The translations under genes and the position numbers were made by a program. This document shows, one piece after another, positions 14,301 to 28,200 of a stretch of DNA of 64,000 bases. Source of the DNA: Octopus bimaculoides (Eukaryota); assembly GCF_001194135.2 (NCBI RefSeq), contig NC_068991.1, forward strand, positions 23,060,694-23,124,693. The letters are read 5' to 3'. The notes under the pieces are model-generated. The model saw nothing but the letters and a program-made list of their open reading frames with translations. It was not told where the DNA came from and did not search any database. Position 1 is the stretch's first letter, and each line of letters opens with the position of its first letter.

Positions 14301-14734
14301 GATAGTCACATAATAATAGTTAGGCAGAGCAGAGACAATGGTATACATTTGGTTATATCCTAGAAAGCAATGCTCTAACATGACCACAGCCCAATGTCTG
14401 AAGTCAGTAAAAGAATATTGTTGAAATAAACTTAATATACTTTTGCTTATCTCCTACTAGTCTTAAAATATTTTATATTGTAGCTTTTGTTTTTTTAATC
14501 TCTTAAGCTATTTATGTTGTTTTTAGTTATTACCCTGAAAAGCGTGTCACTAAGGATTCTAGAGGAATAGAGATGGGTGTTGCTGGTAAAGTGAATCTAC
14601 TACAGAATATAACCATTTCCACGCAACCTATAGCTACTCTGGACTGGAATGCTGACAAAGCTGGCTTATGTGTGTGTGCAGCCTTCGACCAAACTGTTCG
14701 GGTCCTCATTGTTACCAAGTTAAACAGACTTTAA
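3290..14734 (+). CDS. WDR92: WD repeat protein 92 / dynein axonemal assembly factor 10, 8 coding exons, 355 aa
   Basis: Exons 3290-3463, 6596-6696, 8654-8784, 9549-9650, 10072-10187, 11026-11160, 14099-14199, 14527-14734. All introns GT..AG, phases consistent, total 1068 nt ending TAA. Translation [34 protein letters not shown]...[23 protein letters not shown]...[11 protein letters not shown]...[16 protein letters not shown] matches the WDR92 family as I recall it. AATAAA at 14768-14773. Confidence 0.96.
3832..4152 (+). mobile_element. tRNA-derived SINE (head X, tail Y) in WDR92 intron 1
   Basis: TGGCTTACTGGTTAGG A-box and GAGTTCGATTCC B-box. Tail shared with 40896-41255; head shared with 37395-37740. 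Confidence 0.75.
12614..13167. mobile_element. Foldback element in WDR92 intron 6 with a hammerhead-like motif in each arm
   Basis: Inverted arms centred near 12932 (AAGATTAAT-TCT-ATTAATCTT), plus a ~33-nt internal direct duplication (12831 and 12901). Left arm, minus strand 12727-12647: AGUU CUGAUGA...GAAAC AGCU GUA AGCU. Right arm, plus strand 13054-13134: AGCU CUGAUCA...GAAAC AGCU GUA AACU. Confidence 0.75.
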
Positions 14735-15535
14735 AATTTCACTAATTTTTTAAAATTTCCTATTTTGAATAAAATAATAATTTTTTTATTTCTGTTGTTC
14801 ATTATTATTATTATTATTATGACTATTATATCACATGGCTTGATGGCAGAATCTTTAACCCTTTTGTTACATTTCTGCTGAAACAACACTGCTTTTGTTT
14901 CAATTAATTTTGAAAATAATGAAGAATTTAGTAAATTAGCTTTGCCACTATTAAGCTGGTACTTGAAACATAAAATAACATGAACTTTCGAGGGAATCAC
15001 TTTAAAATGTGAAGTTTGTATCACTGAATCAGTTGTCTCAGATAGATTGATATTAAAAGTTAAAGTGCTAGAAAATGCTGACAGTATTTAATTACATCCC
15101 TCTAAATTCTAAATATAGAATTTAAATATATATATATAAGGTAGTGGAAGAAATTTCAGGGTACCAACAAAATGCTCAATAATATTTTAATTGTATCCCT
15201 TTTACATTCTGAATTCAAATCCTACCAGTATTAACTTCACTTTTTCTTTCTTCTCGTGGGCTGATAAAATAAGCAGCAAAATGTGCTGCTTTTATCAGGT
15301 ATACAATTTGTGATGACAATAAATTCTAAATCATCATTACTATTATATTAAGGGCAGTCAACTGACAAAAGCAATACAATACCTAGACAAAATAATTGAA
15401 GTATTTCACCTCTTAACTCCCTAAGTTCAAATCCTTTTGTGGAGAGTTTTTGAGGGAAGACGAAGGAATAGAAGAACAAAGGGTAACAGAGCAACAAGAG
15501 TTAATTGAATCAATTATATATATATATGATATATA

Positions 15536-16021
15536 TCTTACGTATTAAAACTGAAAATGTCTGTTTGTCTGTGTGTATCGGTATGTCCTCATTTTGCACC
15601 AAAACGGCTCGACCAATTTTTCTTAAACTTCACACACACATTGCTTATGTGACTGGGGAGGTTTTAAGTATACATTGATTTCGAAAAAAATGTTTGGGTA
15701 AACGGAGGGAGGAATAACATTTGGGCATGGTTGAACGGCGGGAGTAATTATTTTTAAACTTCCAAGGGAAATAACCTATTCCCTCCTTCGTAAATTATTT
15801 GGTAAAAATGAAACTGAGTATATTTATTTCTTAGTATTTGAACTATTTTAGTTATTTTCTCAATTTATTATCCAGTACAAGGCTTAAACAAGTTAATAGT
15901 ATTCTCCTAAACAATAGATCCACTTATTTGGGAATATACCAACAATATATTCATGAATATACCAACACTAGCACCGGTGAGGGTAATATTCTCTGCCAAT
16001 GCACAAAAGCTTTTTTCGTAG
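15536..16021 (+). mobile_element. Possible non-autonomous Helitron-like element between WDR92 and MED6
   Basis: Starts A|TC with TGTCTGTTTGTCTG...AAAACGGCTCGACCAATTTT, has a weak subterminal hairpin, and ends CGTAG|T rather than canonical CTAG. Confidence 0.3.
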
Positions 16022-16234
16022 TTAATTACTTTGAATTGTTATTATCTGATTAGCCTGTTATTACAAGAAATTGAAAACAAAGCACAGGTATTTTCTTGCT
16101 TTAAAATACGTTCACCTTCACATACAAATACAATAAAATGATTAATATGAATTGTTTATTGAATTCTAATCCAAAATAATAAGGAGAAAAATGTTTAGAA
16201 AAAAAAGGGTGGGAGAGAGTTTGTCCAATTTCCA

Positions 16235-19200
16235 TTATCTCATTAATTTAGGCTTCTTTTCTGGGGGAACTTTGGTTCCAGAAGAATTCTGTTTGTCATC
16301 CGTTTTATCCATTCGACTTTCCACTCTCACTTCAGGTCTTTCATCTGAAAAAGTAGAGTGGTTATTATTCAATAACTTGTGTTGGCGGTAGTAGATATGT
16401 ATGTTTTCACAAAAATTTTTTATGGTTTTAATCAGGAGGAAGAAGAAACAGGAAACTTGGTTTGAATGCTTGCAAGTGAATGAGCACCACTAATCAACAC
16501 ACAGAGTGCAAAGAGAGGATTATATTTAAAGCAATGGTACAAGCTCAGGTTAACAGAATAATTTAAAAGACATAAATAAATAAAGATGATGTTAAACATA
16601 AGTATTTCTTAGGGTCAAATGATGACCTAGGTGTCTGTTCAACTAAAACATTTTCTTTTTTGTTCCATGTTTATATATTGTGAAGGAAGAAAATTAGTGT
16701 TTATTGTGACTATCATTGGAGAATTTTACCTTCCAAGAATTCAAGTCATTTCTATCTCATATCACTTTGAACAAACTGATAGATATAGAAAAGGTATCAG
16801 GCCATAAGTCATCAGCTGAAATACAATATGCAGGATAAAAACCTGGAAAGATGGTCTATTCTAGACCAAATCAACGCATGCCAGCATGAGGGAACAGACA
16901 TAAAGGCAATGTTGATGATGATATCCATCTTAGCAAGAGTGAGGTTACATTTTATAAATATGTTTTGACAGAGACAGTAGTGTAGTTACAAAGTTCACTA
17001 CACAATCAAATGGTATCTGGGCTTCGTCCCATATCACACAGTGCATCGGTGCAGAAACTTAACGTGTGTGTGTGTAAGTAATCAAATTCAGGAGAAGTAA
17101 GAGGCAAAAAAATATTTTTCCCTTTCTCACTTCTCCTGAATCTGATTAATTATCATATACTTTCCAACACTGTGAATCATAGATTTTCAGAACCATGGTA
17201 ATGTTAATATTTACCTACACTCAACTACTGTTTTTATGGTTGCCAAACAATCTGCAGAGAGCTTACAGTAAGAATTGCTTGATTCTTTGAATCCCTATTT
17301 CCAGTTGTATACACATAGATAGATGTGTGTGTGAGAGAGAGAGTAGGGTAAACAAAAACCAGTACAATTTCTGACCAATCCATAAGAAAGGTCTGGTAAG
17401 AAATGTCTAGTTTGAATGAGATTGATGCTTGTGTACAGTGAGGTACGAGGGGTGTTCATTAAAGATTTTTCCTGACCCACTTCCCAAGGACTGGGATAAC
17501 GAAACTTGGCATAATTATTAGTCATTCTCTATATAGCTACCACCAATGGTGACACACTTCTCCCATTGCCTTATGCAGCTGTGAAGACCTTATCTGTAGA
17601 AATCAGTAGCTTGCATCTGGAGCCAAGACTTTATTTTGGAAATAAGTTCACATCATCATCTGAAAAGAGCTTCCCCTTCAAAAAAGACTCCATGGTTGGA
17701 AAGAGGTGCAAGGTCAGGAGAGTAAGGGAGATGAGGAAGGATTTCATAGCCACAGGAGTGTGTTTTCATCTGGGCAACATGCACATTGTGAACTGCGGTG
17801 TTGTCTTGGAGGAGGTGGACTCCTTTGGTCAGCATGCCACACCTCACTGCAGCAGAGAAGCATAATATGCCCCATTAAGTGTGGTGCCCTTTGCCAGAAA
17901 ATCCATCATCACTACTCCATGCTGGTCCCAAAACACTGTGAGCATCACCTTGCCTGCTGAGAGTTGGACATGAGCCTTCTTTGGGGTTTGTGAGTTGTCA
18001 TGCTTCCATTGTTTTGATTGGACTTGAGTCTCAGGATCATAGTGATGGACCCATGTTTCATCCGGTGTGAAAAGTCTGCTGAAAAAGCCCTCCTCATTTT
18101 CTTGGCACATTGCCAAAAGAGCCTGGGAGCAATTGACTTGATCCTGCTTCTGAAAAGGTGTGAGCATCCGGGGAATCCATCGAGCAGACAACTTCTTCAT
18201 GTGCAAATGGTAATGAATGATTTCGTCACCATAAACTTCTTTCATCTCATGAAAAGTCTGTTTTGGTGTATGACCTTTCAAGTATAAGAACCTGATCACT
18301 GATCTGCATTCAACTGCCTCCATTATATAACACCCTAGTCCACTTCAGCAGCTGTAAAAGACAAATGAATACTTGTGGAAAGCTGCAATTTACAATGTGA
18401 CATGTAGAGACATGTATGATTATACCTGTACAAGTTCCGTTTCCTGCAATAACTGAAAGTGGGTCAGGGGAAATTTTGATGAACACCCCTCATATCAATT
18501 GCACGAGTGGTTAGAAGTAATAGCGTATAGGCCATCTATGTACAAGGGGAAGCTCAAGCAGAGCTTAAATCTCTGGCTATGTTTTACAATAAATCATACT
18601 GTTATCTGTATCTAAGGTTGTGTTTGCATAAAAATGAAGTTGAGACATTACCCTTCATTAAAAAAAAAAAAAGCAGCTGAATCAGAAGTGGGTTGCTCTA
18701 CCTAACATCACTGGTTAAAGGACTGACCAAGAAGAATGAAAGTGTTCAAGAAATTACCTTTTTGGTCTGGCTGTGCAGGAGCTGCAAACCGGGGAGGGAA
18801 CTTTTTGCTCAGTTCAGAAAGTAGTAAATCAACTCGCTGTCGTTGGAATACTGAACTTGGTTCCTCTTTTTTCTTGGTGTCTTTTACTTTACTCTTTTCT
18901 GTAAAAAGAAAAGTTACTGGATAACCAAGTAATTAAGCAAATTTATACAAAAACGAAAAGCTGTCAAATCATAAATTATTAATAACTATAGATTATTGTA
19001 ACTGACTTAGTTACGGCACAAGTAAGTAAAGCTGGGCAGCAATACCATGAAGAAAATAATTTTATGTATTAATTATATGTAATAGCATAATCAAAGAAAC
19101 AGCAACTAATGTGATTAATTCTGGAAGGTTCTTCAATAACCTTTGTAGCACTGAAAGTATTAGCCATTTATTTATTCATAATCTAATAATGTTTTCTTCT

Positions 19201-22200
19201 CTTTACACTGGCACCAAAGCACACCTTTTAGGGGAGGAGCATAGTTGATTACTCAATTCCTGTTAGATATTTTATTAACCCTGTGCAAATTGCATGTGTG
19301 TGTGTGTGTACACACACATATGGCATAGGCATAGCTGTGAGGTTAACAAGTTCACTTGCCAGCCACATGGATCTGAGTCAGTCCTACTATGAGTTATCTG
19401 AAGCGAGTCTTCCACTATAACCCCAGGTCAAACAGAGGTTTGTGAATGAATTTGGTGGACAGAAACTGAAAGAGGCTTTGTGCATATGTGAACGACTGCA
19501 CACGCATGTATCTTTCTCTCTCTCTCTTTGAATTATGACATCGCATAATAGTTGTAAATGAGTTTTTCCATCGTTTGAAGCCAATTTTCTATAAGACATG
19601 TCCAGCTCTGGGTAAATATTAACTTGCTTGAAAATAAGTGAGTGTCGGTGATAAGAAAGACATCTAGCCATCTGCTTCAATGAATTCTGTTTGACCCTTT
19701 CAAGCATGGAAAATTTGGCATTAAAACAGTGATGATGATATACATATCTATATGTGTGTGAATGTATGTATGTATACATGTATACACACACATAGATACA
19801 TAGATGTTCACAATTAGAGGCTTTAAAATTGAATGATATATACTAATAAGCGAATGCTGAAGAAATAATGTGTGAAACAAGGGAACTTTATAATATAATA
19901 TTTACATAAGTCATTGACAAAGTATGATCAATAAAACAGAATCGTATAAGTTACCTGTTTCTTCTTTATCTTTGAATTCCCACCAATATCCTTTTGATGG
20001 ATGGTACCGAGCATAACTGAGCGCTGCAAAACGTTTGGAAATTAAACAGTTAAAGGATATTAACATTAGTCCAACAATATAAATATGTATATATAGAGAG
20101 AGAATAAAGAAGCCTGACCTTTGGTCTGAATACTTGCAGACAAATGATTGAATGGGAAACCATGAACAAATAATTACAGTGGAATATATTACTAGAGAGG
20201 AAAAATTTCACAAGGTGCTTAATAGTGGAGTTGAGGTGGTGGTAGGTGTTATTGAAAAGAGTAGTAAACACATCAAGCAGGTTTTAATTTAGATATCTTA
20301 TTCTATAAATAAACAAATATTCAATAGATATATTATTCTTTAGCCAACAAGATATTTAAGAGGTTGCTAGTCAATGTTTGAAGAACTAATGAGTCAAGTA
20401 GAAAGGTATCAACTGAGCTCTGAAGAGTCTCTAAGAGACAGTATTTAACTCTAGTTTTATTGCAGGATGAACCTAGGATACATTTTCCTCAGATAAGTCA
20501 CTACTCTAATGCAGATAACATTACAAGATGAACTGGCACATATATCTGACAAACAAAATAAAGTGTACCACGTAAAACAAAATAAAAATTGATTTCATAT
20601 GAGGAGTAGATAGTTCAATACCTTATCCACTCAACCGTTTCACCTCTACAAATTAACAATAACTTTACTGCAATTCACATATCTTGGAATGAAATCATTA
20701 CCATCAATGTTCCAATCTTTACCTGTTTTTGAATGACTACTGTATTCCATGTCTCCACCACTGAACTTTTGTGGAGGACATGAACAATGTCAACACCAGC
20801 CAAGCAATATCAATGAGAGGACACATGAAGACTAGCATATATTCACCCACCACAGGTATATGCATATACTGCAAGAGAAGGCATTACTGTGTTGTTAAAA
20901 GTTTGCTTGCTTTCAACCATAATTGCACAACACCTTGTGCGTCTTGTTTTATAGCCTTGGGCTCAACAATGCATTGTGAGGGAATTTAGTACACAGAAAA
21001 GCAACAAGTTAGTCACACACACACATTTGACATTTACTGTTGATAGTCCTCTAACTCTGTGCTTTCAAATTCCTTGGAAAAAAAGGTAAAGGTTGGTGAC
21101 AGGAAAAGTATGTAGCTATAAAAATCCTGCCTCAAGTACTTCCTCGCATAAAAACAAAACAATATGATGAGCTTCCATAGTTTCTGTCAAGCACAATGCA
21201 CTCCCAAAATGTCTACTATAGCCTCAACCCAAGGCTATAGTAGAAGTCACTTGCCCAAAATGCTACTCAGTGGAACCAAACCTGAAATTGTGTGATTGTG
21301 AAGTGAACATCTTCACAATGTAGGTATGTCTGTGCCTTAGGCTAAAAAATTCATATAACTGCCAAGTATCATATTGATGAAAAGTACTATTTATTAATGA
21401 ACTCCAAAAGTCAACAGCTAATTTGACTCAGATTTTCACATAGGGGATAATAAATCTTATAACTCAATGGAGTGGAGTTTTCTGTGTAATACCACCAAAT
21501 ACTACATCTTTCTGAAATTTATTGCAAGCAGCCCAACCCAGCAGAACCCATCTGTATCTCCAAAACAGGAGTTAAATTCAGCACTACAAGCTAAAGAGAT
21601 ACTCATACATTATACAATATTATATTTATGTGGGAGATAACATTCTTAATGTAGAAGCCTCAATCCTAATTATTTTAAGCAGATAAAATTACACTCAATG
21701 AAAGGAAGTATCATTAATCATCATCATCATCATTTAACGTCCATCTTCCATGCTGGCATGGGTTGGACAGTTTGACAGGAGTTGCCCAGGCAAGAGCCTG
21801 CACTAGACTTTTGTGTCTGCTTTGGCAGGGATTTTATGGCTGGATGCCCTTCCTAGCAGAATGGACCTAGTGCTTTTTACGTGGCACAAGCACAGGTGAG
21901 ATCAGTTTTGGAAAGGTTTTTATAGCTAGGTGCCCTTCCAAATGCCAATCACTTTACAGTGTAGACTGGATGCTTTTTACGTGGCATCAGAACTCTTAGT
22001 AATATTAATAGAACATATCTTTCCCAACTTAGACAATGAGATGTGTGTTCTATTAATATTAATGGTAATTTTTGTCAACATAGGTAAGGAAGACAACACT
22101 GAAATCCAAATTGATTAAAAATTTTTGTATAGTTTAGAACAGGAAAAGGTAGCTATCCCTGGTACAAAATGCTTTCAATGAGAGGTTAGTTTTGGATTAA

Positions 22201-25200
22201 TCATAAAGCCTTACCTTCTGTAAATGCTGACTGCAAACTGTGAACAGTGTTTAACTGAAAAAGAAACACAGTCACTGGAGCAAAGTAAACTTGAAATGCT
22301 TGATAGAGGGAAAGAGAGAAGGGACAAAAGGACAATAAAAACAGAAGACACATAATAAGCATGATATTAAAGTAGGCAAGAAAATAAAATGCTCTGTAAC
22401 AACTGAGAGTAATGGTTGTATTGGTAGCATGTAATAGTAGTATTAGTAACAAGAGCACTAAAAAGACAAATAAAGGTTTCTTTTTTCTGTAGACTAGTGA
22501 GCAAGAATGAAAGTTTCCTAACTTGTCTTACAAACTCTTGATACATAAATTTAACCAATGAAAACTCAGTTTATTATTTGTGCCCGTGGTTAGAGAGTGG
22601 AAATGGACTAGTACCTACAGACGTTTTTTTACCCCCCCCCACTCTTAGGGTGGGGGATGAATATAACTAGAAGAAATTAATATAATTAACTTTCTGTTTC
22701 AATTATTAAAGGTTCTTTTTGGTGGTAAACATGGTTAAGGAGGAAACATTGGTTTAACTCTTTAGCATTCAGATTACTCACTCAAATGCAATGCTTATTT
22801 ATTCACATTGTTTTGAATTCATCATGCATTATCTCATACCCTTGAAATTTCAATGATGTGATTGATTGTTTTTAAAACGACATTGTAGATAGGTGTGAGA
22901 AGTCATATCTGGCCAGTTTAAATACAAAATGATTAAAATTCTTTGTATGGCACAAGGAAGATGAGAAACAATAAATAAGACAAGAAGTGATAAGGGTACA
23001 TTGAGAGAACTTAAGTGATGATGGTATATATTCAGTTCTAAAAAAGAAAGCCTAAATTGTATAATTAAATAATAATTACCATTCTGGAGTTGACTACTGA
23101 ACCTAAATCTGGTGCCTGGTAGACAATACCGGCACTGATGTAATAGTCAGCAAGAGGTGTAACTGGAAAAGAAAACAAAAGGAGTCAATAATTTTGGACA
23201 AAAAGGGGAACAAAACAAAATTGCAACATAATTTTGGTGCTTAGGAATGTGGATCCTTTGCAAACACAGATCTAGCAGTAAATGTAATGTGTAAAATCCT
23301 TCTCCTAAGAGAGGAGAGATTCTTAGAATCCAGAGCTTAATTCCCATTTAATCATGTGAAACAATGAAATATAAGTCTACCCTTAGATATGATGCTTGTC
23401 AATATTATACCTGTCAAAAAGACTGAACTGGCAGAATGCTTAACAGTATTTCGTTTGTTGTTACATTCTGAGTTCAAATTCTGCCAAGGTCAACTTTGCC
23501 TTTCATCCTTTTGGGGTTGATAAAATAAGTACCAGTTGAATGCTGGAGTCAATGTAATCGACTTACTCCTCCCTCAAAATTGCTGGCCTTGTGCCAAAAT
23601 TTGAAATCAATATGATACCTGTCAAAGATAACACTCCCAAATGTCCTGATATCTGTTCTCAACAGTTAGGTAAACTAAGTGATGTAGACAAATGTGACTT
23701 GTTCAGAAGCAGGTAAGAACACCAGTAGAAGATTTGAACTCCCTCTGTGCAGGTATCCAATACAACATCTCCACAGTCAACTCATCACCACTAGATTTAG
23801 CAGTGAACTGATATGCTGATAATGAATAATGGCATAGACACAACCGACACTGACTCACTTGAAACAGCTGATGCCAATGCAGTAGGTTGTTTGTTTGTAT
23901 GCATAAATGCAGGTAAATACACACTCACATATGCATGGAAGAGAGGAGGGAGGAAGGTAGCTGGAAGGGAGGGGATGTAATATTTGCTAATTCTGCTCTC
24001 AGCAGCCAAGATAGGGAACAGGGGCAAGGCCCTGCATGTACGAGCATAACTAAGTCGTTTTAGGATATCATTTTTGTTGTAATGGACAAGTCTTCTCACA
24101 CACAGCAAAAGCGCACAGCGAAACACCAATCATCTTGGTCCTTTGTCATCTCCTCTGTAAAGCTCAGTATCTTGAAATCAGCCTGTAATTCTCTGTCTTA
24201 TGTCTTCCTGGGTCACCACAAGTTTCATCACCTTTAAGTGACTGGCACTTTATGGAACTGTCCTCATCCATACACATTATGTGATTAAGCCAATGCAGTT
24301 GTTTCTCATGCACACTACATCTGATTCCTCTATGCCTAACTTTTCTCTCAGTATATTAGCACTTTATTGTACATGCACAATGACACTGCACATCCAGCAG
24401 TGCATACTAGCTTCATTCCTATCTTTTCTTTGCATCTCACTACCATGTAGCATTGCTGTACATACACAAGCATGATACAATCTACCTTTCACTCAGATAG
24501 ACCTTTTGCTGCAAACAGAGGTAAAAGCCCTCTGAAGTTAATCCATTCCATACTTATTCAAGCAACTATACTTTCAGAATATCCTCCTCCACTACAAATT
24601 AGGTCATCTAGGTAACAGAAACTATCTACATTCATAATCGCTGACATGGCTGATGACAGTACCGCCTGATTGGCACTCGTGTCAGTGGAATGTTAAAAGC
24701 ACATCTGAACGTGATCGTTGCCAGGGCCACGGATTGGCTCCCGTGCCAGTGGCACGTGAAAAGCACCATTCGAGGGTGATCATTGCTTGCATTGCCTTAC
24801 TGGTACATGTGCCAGTGGCATGTGAAAAACAACATTTGAGCGTGGTTGTTGCCAGTGCTGCCAGACTAGCTCCTGTGCAGGTAGCACATAAAAAACACCT
24901 TTTGAGCGTAGTCGTTGCCAGAACTGCCTGACTGGCCCTCATGATGGCGGTACGTAAAAGCACCCACTACACTCTCAGAATGGTTGGTATTAGGAAGGAT
25001 ATCCAACTGTAGAAACTTTGCCAGATCAGATTGAACCTGATGCAGCCTCCGGCTCACCAGTCCTCAGTCAAACCGTCCAACCCATGCCAGCATGGAAAGC
25101 GGATGTTAAACGGTGATGATGATATATATATATATATATATCATCATCACTCATCATCATTTAACGTCCGCTTTCCATGCTAGTATAGGTTGGACGATTT

Positions 25201-28200
25201 GACTGGGGACTGGTGAACCAGATGGCTGCACCAGACTCCAATCTGATCTGGCAGAGTTTCTACAGTTGAATGCCCTTCCTAACGCCAACTACTCTGAGAG
25301 TGTAGTGGGTGCTTTTTACGTGCCACCAGCACGAGGGCCAGTCCAGCAGTACTGGCAACGGTGATGCTCAAATGGTGTTTTTTACGTGCCACCTGCACAG
25401 GAGTCAGTCCAATGTTTTGTTCACATGCCACCAGCACAAGTGCCAGTAAGGCAAAGCTGGAAATGATCGCGCTCAATGGTGCTTTTTACGTGCCACCGGC
25501 ACGAAAGCGAGACTATTGCTCTGGCAGTGATGCCGCTCAGATGGTGCTGTTATTGCTCCACTGGCACGGGTGCCAGTCATTGAATTCGAATTTTATATAT
25601 ATATGAAATTGAGTGATAAACAGTACAAATATGTTCACATCATTGGATCGTACAGAACAGGTGTTAGTTGTGCTGTGACAGAAATGCAAATGAAACCATT
25701 TTATTTTATAGAAAATGTTTCCAATTTCTACTGTGATTTGAACCATAAGTCTCCAACATTATGTTAACATCAGGAAGGCGGCAAGATGGCAGAAACGTAA
25801 GCACACCAGACAAAATGCTTAGTGGTATTTCGTCCATCATTGCGTTCTGAGTTCAAATTCTGCTGAGGTTGACTTTGCCTTTCATCCTTTAGGGGTTGAT
25901 AAACTAAGTACCAGTTGCGTACTGGAGTCGATCTAATTGACTGGCCCCCTCCCCAGAAATTTTGGGCCTTGTGCCTAGAGTAGAAAAGAACATCAGCTAT
26001 GGGTTCCTATGAGAAGTTTTGGTTAGCATTATTCATGGAATTCCTTAAAACAACCTTCTAATTCACTTCCAACTTCTGCAACCTTTAAGATACAATTTAT
26101 AAAATAGTCTGCTTTGAAAAACTTTTAAGCTTTCAATCACATACTCGAAACACTTTTTACCCACTACAAGGCCTCTAAATTAGTACACAAAGTACCCTTC
26201 TTTGACAATTCACAAAAACAATGAAATAGCGACAGAATATGAAAGAGGAATTTACCTTGGGTTGGTGAATGCCGGTGTTGTTTCCGTATGACATAGAGAA
26301 TAGGTTCTTGGACATGGAGCAACTCATATTCCAACCCAGTCATTGAGCTGCAATGGAAAAAAATTACAGAAATTGGTGGGTAAAGAGGGTAAAATTATTA
26401 CAAAATAAAAAAAAAAAAATTTGAAGGGGAACTAATATCCCAGATTTAACAATTTAAATTATAAATTGACACGAAATGCAATTGGTGGTGAGCCCCATCA
26501 TCCATCAGATTATAAGATCCTTTTTAGTATTTCTTTAGGATCAGAAAATATCTTAACCCACCTCAGTTGTTGAAACCCTAACATCTTCTAAGATTTGAAG
26601 TGATCAAGTGATTTGTAGATAGGAGAAACAACAATATCACTCACCACACTTTCATACAAACAACTACAGATGTAGACAAATATATAGACATGCGCGTGCA
26701 CATACACAAAAACTTAAAATGAGTCTTCTCTCAGTTTTTGTCCAACAAATCCACTCATCAGGCTTTGGCTAGTCTGTGACTATAGAAGATACTTGCCTAA
26801 GGTGCAAACTTCTCAATCATACTACCATTATGCTTTCTTATTATTCACTTCTATGGCAAGGCAAACTGGACAAATGCTAGGAACAGTGTGATATGAACTT
26901 TGGCAAAAAGTCTAATACTTACCAATGTAGTCAGTTGAGTGTTTAAAAAGGTTATGCCTTTGAAAAATACAGGCTAGTTATAGGGACAGCTAGAGAAGGG
27001 GATGTTCTCTCTCTCTCTCACAAACACACACAGATAAAGTATAAAATCCATCTATAATGATAATTTAGGTTACAACTCACCTCAATTGCTCTGGGTTTAG
27101 GTGCTGCATTTTTACATTCTCATTGTTGCATGTTCGATCATAGAATGGATTAGTTCGTTCAGAAAAATAATCCAATACATTGGAGGAGTTTAACATGGGT
27201 ATCCATGCACTGTTTTGCCAGGAGATTCCAAGAGATTCTGAGGAAATTGAAAAAGTAAAGTTCTAATAAGTTTAAGAGAGTGAAATTTATAACATGTCTT
27301 TGTATGTGTGTGTGTATGTGTATTAGTTTGGTTGCTATTAAAGCTAGAGAAGTTTGAGGTTTTTCCTCCTTTCTCATGATATGTTTATTCTATAATGCTT
27401 TCAACATCAATTTAAAACAGACTATTCTATACATATACTTCATTTGATTAGATTTGAATTAAGAACCATTATTCATAAGGATTCAGTACTATTTATCCAC
27501 TATGGTACAGCTGATAAGGAATAAGAAGAGAGTCAATAAGTCAATACAGTACTAGACAACCAGCCTGAGGTCATTAGTACTGCATTGTCTATTGTAACAA
27601 TACTTAATCTCAAATGGCTAGCTATAAATAAATACTTCAGCATACAGACAAGTATTTTGTTAACACTAAAATTAAGGCATCTATATCAAACTGGTGAGCA
27701 AGGGTTTCATAACACATCAGCTCACCATTCACATATAATAGCAAACTGAATCCCTGAATCAGTTTCTTTAAGCTTTGAAACTACTGGCTAAAGAATGTAA
27801 CTTTAAAGTAGTGTCAATAATAGGTGTTTTTATTTCTGGAATAATGAAAGACTCCGACTACTCTAGAATAAAATGCTAGATTTGGAAACAGCGGTTCCGC
27901 AAGACAGTGCCTTGGATTACAGATAAACAAAGCCAGTATTTACAATCTAAATGCTACAGGAAGACACTGAACTGGAACTTATTTCCCATTCTCAGTATCA
28001 TCTCTTACCAATTTATTTTCTATTGAGCACCCCTTTCTCCTAAACACCTTCGCATATCTGCCTTCAAAGTCTCCTCCATCTTCATTCATCACATTTTCCA
28101 CCTCTAGATTCCTCTGATCAGTGACCTCCATCTCTGTCACTGTGCAGCCCTCTCTCACCTATTGCCCCACACTTCACAGCATCTCCTTATTTCTGATGTT

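Noticed and set aside
23861-23875. GAAACAGCTGAT as a further hammerhead
   Set aside because: The triplet is GAU rather than GUH, with no upstream CUGANGA or stem I.
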